Source: Octopus sinensis (Eukaryota). Taken from it: a DNA stretch of 64,000 nt. Location of the stretch: contig NC_043017.1 in the NCBI RefSeq assembly GCF_006345805.1, positions 30,752,001 through 30,816,000 of the forward strand, written 5' to 3'. The position numbers were made by a program, and so were the translations under genes. This document shows positions 1 through 12,768 of this stretch, piece by piece. Each line of letters starts with the position of its first letter. Position 1 is the stretch's first letter. The notes beneath the pieces were generated by a model. It did not search any database and was not told the origin of the DNA. It saw only the letters and a program-made list of their open reading frames with translations.

Positions 1-12
1 ACCCAAGTGTTA

Positions 13-421
13 GATCTTTTCGGTTTGAACGACAGTTTGTAACATAATTTCTAGCTAACCAAAAAATTTTAAACTTCGTATAGTGGTAGAATGTGTTAAT
101 AAAACATCTTTTTCTCTTGCCTTCATTGAGAAAATTCTATAGTTTGTAAGATATTTGTTGTTTTTTTTTTCTTCAATTTATGCAATTTCAACCAATCATT
201 GACGTCCATTGAGACAAAAAAAACATTCTGTGCCGTATGAATATGTCCCTTGTTTAAGAAACAGATTGGGTTTATTTACATTTGTGAAGAAAAAAAGATA
301 CCCTTCCCCCCACTAACCCTAAAACAGATTGAAATGCAATAGATCGATACTAGGGTCATAATTATGGGTGACAATTTTATATGACACCGCTAGAAAAAAA
401 CTGCCGTTGAAACCGAAAAGG
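13..421. mobile_element. MITE-like non-autonomous DNA element with ~23-bp terminal inverted repeats
   Basis: CTTTTCGGTTTGAACGACAGTTT (16-38) vs AAACTGCCGTTGAAACCGAAAAG (398-420): 21/23 reverse-complement match; no ORF inside. Confidence 0.6.
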
Positions 422-434
422 TTTCAAGTGTTTA

Positions 435-555
435 ATTGGTACTTAGGGATGAACTGTAAATTCAATCACGATGGAATTTGAACCCAGGAGAAAAGACATG
501 GAGTGCCACTAAGCATTTTGTCTGACTTGGTAACGATTCTACCAGCTCACCGTTT
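435..555 (-). mobile_element. Degenerate tRNA-headed SINE (family A), 5' part
   Basis: Reverse complement gives GGTGAGCTGGTAGAATCGTTACC...GGGTTCAAATTCC, similar to other family A heads in the window. Confidence 0.5.
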
Positions 556-574
556 AAATCCAATCAATATTTAG

Positions 575-850
575 TAATTTTGAAGCATCATTTGTGGGCA
601 ATGTCGTTTCACTTTATGCAACAAATGCAGGACACTACCCCCAGACACTGAGGAATATTATACATTTCCAATGATTTATAGTATCAATGCTTTGGAGAGA
701 TCTGACCTTTGTTCAGGTTTAGATACGGAGGAGGTTTTAGGATATTTATTGCATCATATCGATACAAGAGCATATTTACATAATCGGATCGGTATACTAT
801 ATGTTACGTTGGGCTGTTATAATGCAATACATTGTACGACTAATATATAA
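575..850 (+). pseudogene. Degenerate CUB-like exon
   Basis: After TTTAG: GNVVSLYATNAGHYP, frameshift in C5 run, then PDTEEYYTF..NALERSDLCSGLD..NRIGILYVTL; frame 584-850 stop-free. Confidence 0.4.
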
Positions 851-1100
851 AAATGTAAAACTGTAGTTCACAGAACGGACATTGATTTTTAGACGATTGT
901 AAATATAATAAGCGAGCACATACATACAGACTCATACATATGTGTGTACATGTGTTGGTATTAATGCATATGTATGTATATACATACACGTGAATTGTAT
1001 ACATTCACACACACATACATACGTATATACATATATATATAGATATATATATAATATATATATATATAGATATATATATAATATATATGTATATATATAT

Positions 1101-1552
<452 letters not shown>

Positions 1553-1918
1553 GTGTGTGTGTGTAGGGAGAGTTTACGAAATAACCAAAAGAAGAAGACA
1601 GGTGGTGTACAAAACAAACAGATGTATTAGTATAACGCTCAGGAATAGAAAAAAAACATATATATATATATGTTTGAGCATACATGCATACATACATGCA
1701 ATAAATTAATAGTTATAAAGTATATTGCTAACGTCTATTTTACACTCTGCTCATATTATATGAAATATTCTGCAATGAAATGTATTCATATGATACTTAT
1801 ATCAAAACTCCAAATCATACACAATGTTTCGCCATGCAAGATTATATTTTTCAGAATTGGAGCCGTAAATATATTCACGACTTAACCAAAATAAAATATG
1901 TAACTATAGATGATCTTG

Positions 1919-2215
1919 TGGAGGCACATAGCCTAGTGGTTAGAGCAGCGGACTCGTGGTCGAGGGATGGCGGGTTCGATTCTCAGACCGGGTGATGTGT
2001 GTGTTTATGAGCGAAACACCTAAGCTCCACGCGGCTCCGGCTGAATTTAATGGTGACTCTTTCGCTACAATTTTCTCTCCCTCATTCCTCCTGCCTCTAG
2101 CAGCTCACCTGCAACGGACCGGCGTCCTGTCCAGGTGGGGAACCTATACGCCAATGAAGCCGGGAAACCGGCCCTTCTGATCCAGATATGGCTGGAGAAC
2201 AACAACAACAACAAC
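1919..2215 (+). mobile_element. tRNA-headed SINE (family C)
   Basis: Box A TAGCCTAGTGGTTAG, box B GGTTCGATTCTC; body shared with 26517 and 54163; (CAA)n tail. Confidence 0.85.
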
Positions 2216-2925
2216 AGCAATTAGGTAGAAGATAAATATATAAAATTTATAGAGTCGTATATAAATTAATAAGACAACATCTATAAATTAATATGACTCA
2301 TAAAATTAATAAGGTTCATAAAATTAGTAGGACTCATAAAATTAATAAGATACGAGGTTATGCATACATACACACAGAGTAAACATACGTTCTCAATAAA
2401 TCCACACATACCTATTTCTGAGTATATGAAGATAAACGTATATATTTGAATCAATATGTTTACAATATTCTTCGAAATACAGCGTTTTAGGAGGTTATGA
2501 GTTTGGAAATGTGCCAGACACATGGGCGGCGCAGTATGTAATATATTTAAGAAGTTGCATACTCTAGGCATAGAGGCGTGTATAAATGTATGTCCTTTAT
2601 CGATAAAACACATATAATGCATCCATAGAAATATATATGCGTAAAATTATTGAAAACCCCAAATCTCAACAAATTTATCACCACACGTTTACCCAAACAC
2701 TCACACGCATTTATGTTAGAAAAACACATATATACAGAAATAGTATATATGTGTGCATATACATACATACATACATACACACATTCACACATCTATAATA
2801 CACATATATATACATACATACATACATACATACACACATTCACACATCTATAATACACATATATATACATATATATATACATATATATATACATATAATA
2901 TATACATATATATATATAATATATT

Positions 2926-2961
<36 letters not shown>

Positions 2962-3037
2962 ATATATATATATACATATATTGCATGTGTCTATGTATGT
3001 ACACACACATATATACATATAATATATATATATGCAA

Positions 3038-3116
<79 letters not shown>

Positions 3117-3246
3117 TTGCATGTGTGTATGTATGTACACACACATATATACATATAATTTAATGTATTTACATCAATACACAATCAAGCAAGCACTTAT
3201 GCATACACACACACACACATATTTATGTGTTATACAATTACGTATA

Positions 3247-3319
<73 letters not shown>

Positions 3320-4256
3320 ATGTATAGGCCTCTGTATAAATTCATGTGTGTGTGTGCGTACGTGTGTCTGTAATTGTGTGTATCAGTGTGTATAAACATT
3401 TTTGGGAGTATTCATGGAAGCATTATCAGCAGTTTTGTTTTGTTATAAATGTATCTATAGTCACAAACTAAAACATTAATCTGACATACATTTTTTTTTT
3501 TAGTTTTCATTTTCTTCAATACAATATATTTAAGAATGTGAATATCGTGAAAAATATATTTTCCCTTAACAAGCATTTTGACAATTTTCTAAGCTATTCC
3601 CATAATGGTCGTATATATATATATATATTTCCATTCTCATTCAACCATATCGAAACTAAAACATCATCGGCAAAAAAAGAATTATATATATATATATATA
3701 TAACTTCAAATACAAACAACAGTATAAGTAACAACAACAACGAAACGGCAATAACAACAGCAGCAACAGCAATATCAATAAAAAGAACATGCAGAAAATA
3801 ACAGTTTTTAAAGAATATATTTCATACGATATCTATAGATACATTGTGGTTTCATATTGTTGCTTTGCCAAAACAGAACACACACCATTTATTTAGTTGC
3901 GTATTTATATTTACTAGCATTAACTAGGTCTTTTTTTCATGTGTGTTCTTCTAAATTGGCTCATATATTTTATTTTATCTTATCTCTATCTATTTACCAT
4001 TTTAACTTGAACATTTGTTTGACAAAAAAATATAAGAAAACCTCGAAAACCACCAGACCATCACATTGAGAAAGGAGATATAACATCTTAAAATGAAGGG
4101 AAAATACATGAAATTAATAGCATTAATACACACCTATATATTTACATATAAAGAAATGTGTGTATTGTTTATATATATCTAACTGTATATGCCTATCTAT
4201 CTAGCACTCTTTCTCACTCTCTTTCTCTCTCCCTCTCTCTCTGTATATATATATAT

Positions 4257-4376
4257 TTTACTCTTTTATTTGTTTCAGTCATTTGATTGTGGCCTTGCTG
4301 GAGCACCGCCTTTAGTCGAGTAAATTCACACTAGGGCTTATTCTTTTTAAGCCTTGTACTTATTCTATCTGGCTCA
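4257..4376 (-). mobile_element. SINE family B, 3' fragment
   Basis: Matches the family B 3' end ...CAAATGACTGAAACAAATAAAAGAG on the minus strand. Confidence 0.75.
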
Positions 4377-4434
4377 ATATATTTGTTCATATACGAACGT
4401 ATACATACATACACTAACATATATTTTACCTCAG

Positions 4435-4645
4435 TGTGTGTGTGTGTGCTTTTGTGTCTATGTTTGTCTCTTCCACCGCCTGACAAATGTTGCTGGTGTG
4501 TTTACCTCCCCGTAACTTAGCGCTTCGGCCTAATTCCGATGGAATAAGTTCTAAGCTTACAAATAAAATTCCCTGGGGTCTATTCTTTCGACTGAAACAC
4601 TTTAAGACCGTGCTCCAGTATAGCCGCAGTGAAGCAAGTAAAAGA
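4435..4645 (+). mobile_element. SINE family B, 3' half
   Basis: GCTGGTGTGTTTAC..CCCCGTAACTTAGCG..AAGCAAGTAAAAGA. Confidence 0.75.
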
Positions 4646-4702
4646 ATAAAAAATAAAATAGTAAAAGAACATATATACAGAGAGAGAGAGAGAGACATGT
4701 GA

Positions 4703-4746
<44 letters not shown>

Positions 4747-4822
4747 AATATTAGGGAATAAATCCAAATTTACAGGCAAAAAATCAGATTTAGGATTAAA
4801 TCCAATTTTATAGTAAAATATT

Positions 4823-6063
4823 ATAAAATATTATTAGAGACAAAACCACTATTTTGCAAAACAAACAAGGAAAGACTTAATCAATACATAAAATTTTAAT
4901 AATAGTCAAAAAAACCGCCACTACAATTGTTTCTTTTCTTGATCGACAATCTTCAGGTGGACTTCCAATCTAAAATATCAATATTTTAAAATATAAAAAT
5001 AATAATTTTAAAATAATTAAAGTATGAATGAAAAAATATAAATATATAATCCATATATAACCTATATATAATCCATATATAATCAATATATAAACAATAT
5101 ATAAACTAAAATAAACCTATCAACAATTAAATATAAAATATAAAATATAAAATATAAAATATAAAACAAAACAAAAATAATAATATATAATAATAACTAT
5201 ATATACACCCATACACATATACCTAATTATATATAACCATATCTAACTACATACACTAAATCACACACCTATATATATATCCCTATACATACACATAAAA
5301 ACGTCTAGGCAACTATAAATAAATAAAATAGCTAAATACTTCAACACAATACTTATTCATACTCCCACACACACACACATACAACCCACATTCACGCTCT
5401 AAAAACGGACTTCACTTAAATTATGAACGGAGAAATGGAATAAATGGAATTAAAAATTATATTCACTTGGTAAAACGAACACTACTTAAAAATTATGAAT
5501 GAAACAATGCAATAAAACAACAGACATCGCAAATAGACACAAATTACTACGAATTCCTTAACAAACCTACCATGATAAACCAAAACTCATAAAAACATAT
5601 AATGATAAAATCTCCCTTTACTAAACTCTATTACATACCTATATAGCAATCCCCCTAACCTAAACATTCACACACAAATACACACACGTAAACCACACAC
5701 CCACGACATATACAAATACCCACACCACTTACACATACCTATACATACATATAAACCTCAACATATACTCCAAAAACCCATTCAACCCCACACAGACAAA
5801 TAAACACAAAAATTATAACTGGATTCTTTTATAAAACTACCATGATAAGCTAAAACTCACAAAACATAAATGATAAAACCTCCCTTTACTAAACACTGTA
5901 ACATACTTATATAGCAATCCCTTTAACCTATACATTCACACACAAATACACACACGTAAACCACACACCCATAACAAATACAAACACCCACCCCACTCAC
6001 ACACACCCACAAGTACATATAAGCCTCAACATATACACCAAACAAAATTACTTTACCAAGGAA
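4823..6063 (+). repeat. Left arm of ~1.25-kb inverted repeat (partner 8990-10244)
   Basis: Continuous reverse-complement match from ATAAAATATTATTAGAGAC to CTTTACCAAGGAA with scattered substitutions; contains two ~260-bp sub-repeats. Confidence 0.92.
4918..4960 (-). ncRNA. Minimal type I hammerhead-like motif (left arm)
   Basis: CCAC-CTGAAGA-TTGTCGATCAA(GAAAA)-GAAAC-AATT-GTA-GTGG; stem I CCAC/GTGG; helix III palindrome ACAATTGT; stem II disturbed by 5 extra nt. Confidence 0.65.
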
Positions 6064-6124
6064 TAAATATAAACTGAATAATTTTTATAAAAAGAAATTA
6101 TTTGATAATAATATTAATAATGAT

Positions 6125-6591
6125 AAGACTTATATTAATTGTACATGTAGAGATAAATCTAATTGTATATTAAATAATAATTGTGATATTAACGATGTAG
6201 TGTATAAATGTATAGTTACATTACATGATAATAACTTTAAGAATAATAATTACCCAAAAGCGGTTTATATAGGTTCTACTTCCTCAAAAATAAAACTAAG
6301 AATCGCACAACATATGAATTCTTTTAAAAATAAAAACTTAATCAACTCAACCGGACTTAGTAAGTACATTGGAGTCTTAAATCACTAAATATTAATTATA
6401 GTTTAATTTGGGAAATAATTTGTAAAACTAAATCATATACTATAGGAGCTAATTGTTGTTATTTATGCTCTAATGAGTTTAAAGAAATTTTATTTTATAA
6501 GTATGATAATTTACTTAATACTGGTGAAGAGCGCAAAATAAAATGCAGACATAAGTTACTTTACCTATATAATAAGTTTCATGATAAATAG
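6125..6591 (+). pseudogene. PLE GIY-YIG endonuclease relic with one frameshift
   Basis: NCTCRDKSNCILNNNCDINDVVYKCIV..VYIGSTSSKIKLRIAQHMNSF..STGLSKYI; frameshift near 6390; NYSLIWEIICKTKSY..CCYLCSNEFKEI..LLN..KCRHK*. Confidence 0.85.
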
Positions 6592-8989
6592 CAATAATAG
6601 TTCCCTATTAGGTTACTTTAGTTTAGTTTAAATTAGTTTAGATAATATATTTTGGTTATGTAGTCTAGGCTTTAATTATAGTTAGTCTTTATTGATATTT
6701 CTTTGTTTTAATTAGTTCATTTTTAATGTATATTAATATAACAGTTTATGGTATGTTAAAACTTTAATAATTTATATTAGATTTTTTTATTTTCTTTATT
6801 TATATATTTTTTTATTTTTATTTTTATTTTATTATGTATTTTTATTATGCATTTGTTATATGTATTTTGGAGGATATATTTATATGTTGAGGGGTGTTAT
6901 TTAGTGGTGTTTTTATTGAGTTTGTATGTATGTGTGAATGTTTACGATCCCTTTGTTTTTTGTTTTTTATTTGGTATGTTGAATTGACAGATTTTATTTG
7001 GGTATTGTCTGTTATAATAAAGTACACACACCCATAACAAATATAAGTTCCCACTTCATTCGCGCGTACCTGGAATTGCATGTGAGCCTCAACATATACA
7101 CCAAACGGCCACTCCCGCCCCATACGGACAAATAAACACATACATCCCCAAAAATGGGCGTAATCACACTCACACCAATCATATGTATACAATTATACAC
7201 ACTAGAATAATACATAACTAACCCAAATATACAGAACATACCAAAAATCACCAACAAACCACCATCACAAATGAAACCCACATCCATACAATGACAAAAC
7301 TCCCCCCTCCATACCCAATTTACACCCACATAGCAATCCCAAAATATTCATCCATACATGGACGCACGTGCGTGAAGCACATGCACACAATAAATACGTA
7401 CAACCCCCCAATACACACTCATATACATACGTATCAAGCTCGACATCCACAGCAATACGCTTACACCCACTCACACCCAGATGGGTGAATTGCACAACCA
7501 GGAACGCACACACACACGTGTGCGTATTTTGATTGTGCAACTCGCCCATATGCATGTATGCGGGCGCGATTACATTGTTGCACATATCGAGCCCAACTAG
7601 CATGCATATGTACATGTGAGGGGGTACACGCACATGCCGTGCGCGTGTACCCCCTGCATTTATACCCGTGCGTGAATATACACATGGAGACTACCACACA
7701 GGTACAAATGTGTATAGTAATGGGAGCCCCATCACTACACTCAATGTATACTCTCACCCATCCGCACGGATGTGAAAGCGAATCTCCGGTGTATATTTTG
7801 AGGCTTATATGTAGCGCTGTGGAGGCGAACGTCGTTGAAATTGTGAATGAATGGGTGGAGTTGGGAATTATAACCGGGTGGTGGGCTAGCGTTGCATGGA
7901 ATTGGGAATGGAATAGTGTAGTAGTAAGGCAGGCATCGAGAATAGATTTGGGTTACTGCAAGTTGTTTGTTAGAGCTGCTAAGATGAGCTAAAGCTCATA
8001 AATGTATATAATGATTTTTCATGTTAGTTTCATTAAAGAATCCATTCATAATAATTTTTTTTTAAGTAGTGTTGGTTTGCCACGTGGATATAGTTTTTAG
8101 TTCCATTTATTCTATTTCTCCATTCATAATTTTAAATGACGTTTACTTTCCATGGCGCGTATTCTTTTTTTACATAAGTTATATTTCTATGGTAACGTAA
8201 TTTTGGTTTGATTTTTTTAACGGCTAAGAATTTAATTTCACTTCATAATTTGAAACTGACTTGTAAGTATGTATTTTATTTCTCCTTATGTCATATTGTT
8301 ATTTTTGATATTCTGGTTAATTACGATGTATTTAATGTTGTTTTTCATTGGAGTGTTTATGTATATGAGATTGTGTGTGAGGTTTTAGTTGTATAATTTA
8401 TTTATCTGTATGAGTGTGGGTGTGTAAATATTGTTGTATATATCGAGTTTAGTGAGTATGTATATGCGTATATGTGAGGGAGTATATGTATCTGTTGTGT
8501 GTGTGTGTTTTGCGTGTGTGTGTGTTTGTGTGTGAATGTGTATATGGGTTTGTTGTTTAGGTTTTGGGATGTATGTGTTAATTTGTCTCTGTGGTGAGGG
8601 AGTGGGTTTTTGGTGTATATTGAGGTTTATAAGTTAGTATAGGTATGTGTATAAGTCGTGGGTCTGTGGTTTACGTGTGTGTATTTGTGTGTGAATGTTT
8701 AGGTTAGGGGGATTGCTATATAGGTTTTGTTATAGAGTTTAGCAAAGGGAGATTTTATCGTTATATGTTTTTAAGAGTTTTGGTTATCATGGTTTTTTTA
8801 GGGAATTCGTGGTAATTTGTCTATTTTCGATGTTGGTTGTTTTATTACATTGTTTCATTCATAATTTTGGAGTGGTGTTCGTTTTGCCACGTGAATATTA
8901 TTTTTAATTCCATTTATTCCATTTCTCCATTCATTATTTTAAAAGATGTTCGTTTCCAGAGCGGTTATACTTTTTATACATATGTTAAG

Positions 8990-10244
8990 TTCCTTGGTAA
9001 AGTAATTTTGTTTGGTGTATATGTTGAGGCTTATATGTACTTGTGGGTGTGTGTGAGTGGGGTGGGTGTTTGTATTTGTTATGGGTGTGTGGTTTACGTG
9101 TGTGTATTTGTGTGTGAATGTATAGGTTAAAGGGATTGCTATATAAGTATGTTATAGTGTTTAGTAAAGGGAGGTTTTATCATTTATGTTTTTGTGAGTT
9201 TTAGCTTATCATGGTAGTTTTATAAAAGAATCCATTCATAATTTTTGTGTATATTTGTCTGTGTGGGGTTGAGTGGGTTTTTGGAGTATATGTTGAGGTT
9301 TATATGTATGTATAGGTAGGTGTAAGTGGTGTGGGTATTGTATATGTCGCGGGTGTGTGGTTTCTGTGTGTATTTTGTTTGTGAATGTTTAGGTTAGGGG
9401 GATTGCTATATAGGTATGTAATAGAGTTTAGTAAAGGGAGATTTTATCATTATATGTTTTTATGAGTTTTGGTTTATCATGGTAGGTTTGTTAAGGAATT
9501 CGTAGTAATTTGTGTCTATTTGCGATGTCCTTTGTTTTTATTGCATTGTTTCATTCATTCATAATTTTTAAGTAGTGTTCGTTTTAACCAAGTGAATATA
9601 ATTTTTAATTCCATTTATTCCATTTCTCCGTTCATAATTTTAAGTGAAGTCCGTTTTCTAGAGCGTGAATGTGGGTTGTATGTTGTGGTGTGTGTGGGAG
9701 TATGAATAAGTATTGTGTTGAAGTATTTAGCTATTTTATTTATTTATAGTTGCCTAGACGTTTTTATGTGTATGTATAGGGATATATATATAGGTGTGTG
9801 ATTTAGTGTATGTAGTTAGATATGGTTATATATAATTAGGTATACGTGTATGGGTGTATATATAGTTTATTATTATATTATTATTATTTTTTTGTTTTGT
9901 TTTATATTTTATATTTTATATTTTATATTTTATATTTAATTGTTGATAGGTTTATTTTAGTTTATATATTGTTTATATATTGATTATATATGGATTATAT
10001 ATAGGTTATATATGGATTATATATTTATATTTTTTCATTCATACTTTAATTATTTTAAAATTATTATTTTTATATTTTAAAATATTGATATTTTAGATTG
10101 GAAGTCCACCTGAAGATTGTCGATCAAGAAAAGAAACAATTGTAGTGGCGGTTTTTTTGACTATTTATTAAAATTTTATGTATTGATTAAGTCTTTCCTT
10201 GTTTGTTTTGCAAAATAGTGGTTTTGTCTCTAATAATATTTTAT
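8990..10244 (-). repeat. Right arm of ~1.25-kb inverted repeat
   Basis: Reverse complement of 4823-6063. Confidence 0.92.
10106..10148 (+). ncRNA. Minimal type I hammerhead-like motif (right arm)
   Basis: CCAC CTGAAGA TTGTCGATCAAGAAAA GAAAC AATT GTA GTGG; predicted cut after A10144. Confidence 0.65.
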
Positions 10245-10266
10245 ATATAATATATATATACACATG

Positions 10267-10317
<51 letters not shown>

Positions 10318-10940
10318 TATGTATGTATATATTAGTATGTATGTATATATATACATACATATAAATATATTTATCGTTTTACATAAATAGATATGTGTAT
10401 GTCGGGGTTGTGTGTTTGTGTGCGCGCGCGCGTATGTGTGAGTGTCTTATTAAATGTATGACTGGATATTTGAGATGTCTTCTAGACGACAAAAAATGTT
10501 AGAAAAATAGTTTCGATTTAATTAAGTGTTTTCTGGATAAGTATCACTCGTATCATCTCAGATAAGTATATTGGCGCATGAAATTAGAAAGGCCGGAACA
10601 TTATGAGAGCCGGTTCAAATGTGATTTCATGTAGTTCAATACATGTGGATTTCTCAAGGAGACCCTGGAATATTCGATCCTCACACGCGAAAATAAATAG
10701 CAGTAAATTCACTCCATGGAGCAATATTTTATTCATTAATTCGTTTATATATATTTATATATGAAGAAATGGCATATTGATAACACATGTGCCATGCTTT
10801 GGCACCTTTGTGTGTGCCTGTGTTCATATGTGCATACATTTTTGTTTGACTGTGAGAGATTGTATATAATTGTGCATTATGTGGGGTCTCTTGTGAGTAA
10901 AATGAAGAAAGGTGTACGGAAAACATAAATAATATTATGT

Positions 10941-11106
10941 AGGCGTAGGAGTGGCTGTGGGGTAAGTAGATTGCTCACCAACCACATGGTTCCAGATTCA
11001 GACCCACTGTGTGCCTCCTTGGGCGAATGTCTTCTACTATAGTCTCAGGACGACAAAAGCCTTGTGAGTGGATTTGGGAGACGGAAGCTGAAAGAAGACC
11101 GTCGTA

Positions 11107-11160
<54 letters not shown>

Positions 11161-11363
11161 TAATATATATATATATATATGTATATGTATGTAGTGTGTG
11201 TGTATGTGTTTGTGTCTGTGTTTGTCCCCTTGACAACCGATGCTGGTATGTTTAGGTCCCCGTAAGATAGTGGTTCGGCAAAAGAAACCGACAGAATAAG
11301 TACTACTGGGGACGATTTGTTTGACTGAAACAATTAAAAGAGTAAAAGAGTATAGTAAAGAGT
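10941..11363 (+). mobile_element. SINE family B, full length (CORE-like tRNA SINE, OR2-like)
   Basis: AGGCGTAGGAGTGGCTGTGG head, CCTTGGGCGAATGTCTT core-like block, internal (TA)n/(TG)n, (AGTAAAAG) tail. Confidence 0.85.
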
Positions 11364-11686
11364 ATATTTTAATAAACACTTGAATCAAATGTCGGACGGT
11401 TAACAGTTTATTTGACTTGAGTGTAGAGTATCTGCCATCTCCTTGAAGTATATGTAGTCTACAGTGCATATTGATTTGATGAAATATCTAAGACACTGCA
11501 TAATATCCATCTCCTGATTCACGCGTCCGAATATCCTGTTCATACACCAGGATACTTTCATTTACTCACGTGGAAATTTTATGATGCATTCATGAATTGT
11601 GTGCATATACCTACATGCATACTCACGAAGCGAGCCAAACTTTTTGAGAGGATTTATCAGGTGAAACTTGTGTGCGTGCGTGTATC

Positions 11687-11774
<88 letters not shown>

Positions 11775-11795
11775 TTTTCATGGTAAGCTTAAGTA

Positions 11796-11984
11796 ATACT
11801 TTATAAATAGGGTTCAGCAACGATTTGCTTCACCACATACCGAAGTTTAGAAATAGCAGTCAAAAAATCTTAGCTATTCCCTCTACTTTAAAAGTAGAGG
11901 GAATAGCTAAGATTTTTTGACTGCTAATTCTAAACTTCGGTATGTGGTGAAGCAAATCTCTGCTGAACCCTAATTATAAAGTAT
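11796..11984. repeat. ~190-bp near-perfect palindrome between (TA)n tracts
   Basis: Centre CTCTACTTT-A-AAAGTAGAG (11881-11899); arms match out to ATACTTTATAA/TTATAAAGTAT. Confidence 0.92.
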
Positions 11985-12015
11985 ATATACATATATATAT
12001 ATATATATTCATCAT

Positions 12016-12141
12016 TTACAGTTCTTTTATTTCCAAAAAGGCAAAACCGCTGCACAAATACCAAAGAAGATATGTGCTGTTTATGGAGATGGTGTCATAC
12101 CTGAAAGTACTGCTCGTAAGTAGTTCACTAGGTGTAAAACT
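12016..12141 (+). pseudogene. mariner transposase N-terminal HTH fragment
   Basis: FYFQKGKTAAQIPKKICAVYGDGVIPESTARK*FTRCK. Confidence 0.75.
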
Positions 12142-12540
12142 GCAGGGCCTCGGAGAAGATAGTGTTAGTTGAAGGCTACCAAACCTGCCATACACAGACA
12201 ACTTCAGCTTTATATACGGAGAGATTCTACCATAACATTTTTCACTTCTTGATTTTGTTGCTCTGAAAATTAGTGTTCTACTCTATGCAACGTGCCACTT
12301 GTGCTTATTACAATAAGCAACGTGCTTATTACAGTAATCAATTGAAGAGGTAAAATTTTGCATTAAATCATGAACTGCATCGAAGTCTTTACTTTTATTA
12401 ATAATCGTGTGTGTGAATAGTGTGAAATTATTCCGGAGATTTATCAAAATTCATCATGAAACCATCTTTGATTAGTGCCTACGTTTACGTTTATATGAAT
12501 GTCATTAAAATGCTTAAATAAATTTGTTCTCTAATCTTTC

Positions 12541-12768
12541 AATATAATTATTTCAATATGTTCACCGATTCCTTCTTGACATTATCCATCAGGCGAAAAC
12601 GAAGTATGTCTACTTGAAGGGTTTCACCAACATGTGCGAGGAATTAACTTTAAAGATTACAGTTATACGAATCTAGATAATCTCATATCCTTCGACATAA
12701 ATCAAGATTTAGGTGTTTATAAATATTGCGCTTACACTATATGTGTTAAAAAATTACAGTACATATAG
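12541..12768 (+). pseudogene. Degenerate CUB-like exon
   Basis: SPIPS*HYPSGENEVCLLEGFHQHVRGINFKDYSYTNLDNLISFDINQDLGVYKYCAY (SP..YP..C..INF..D..YC order); TGA at 12577. Confidence 0.5.

Larger units (their letters stand above)
4741..10244. mobile_element. Penelope-like (PLE) composite fold-back element, ~5.5 kb, inserted in (TA)n
   Basis: Long inverted arms, an HHR motif in each arm facing outward, internal GIY-YIG relic, 82-nt one-sided tail 4741-4822, (TA)n on both flanks; same terminus recurs at 31871-32122. Confidence 0.8.

Noticed and set aside
7558-7992. 144-aa ORF in the central block
   Set aside because: No recognisable domain; overlapping ORFs on both strands reflect low stop density in alternating purine-pyrimidine sequence
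4741-10244. Possible NUMT or mitochondrial control region (strong A/C versus G/T skew, central hairpins)
   Set aside because: No mitochondrial gene or tRNA similarity seen; GIY-YIG relic, HHRs and a dispersed mini-copy point to a PLE
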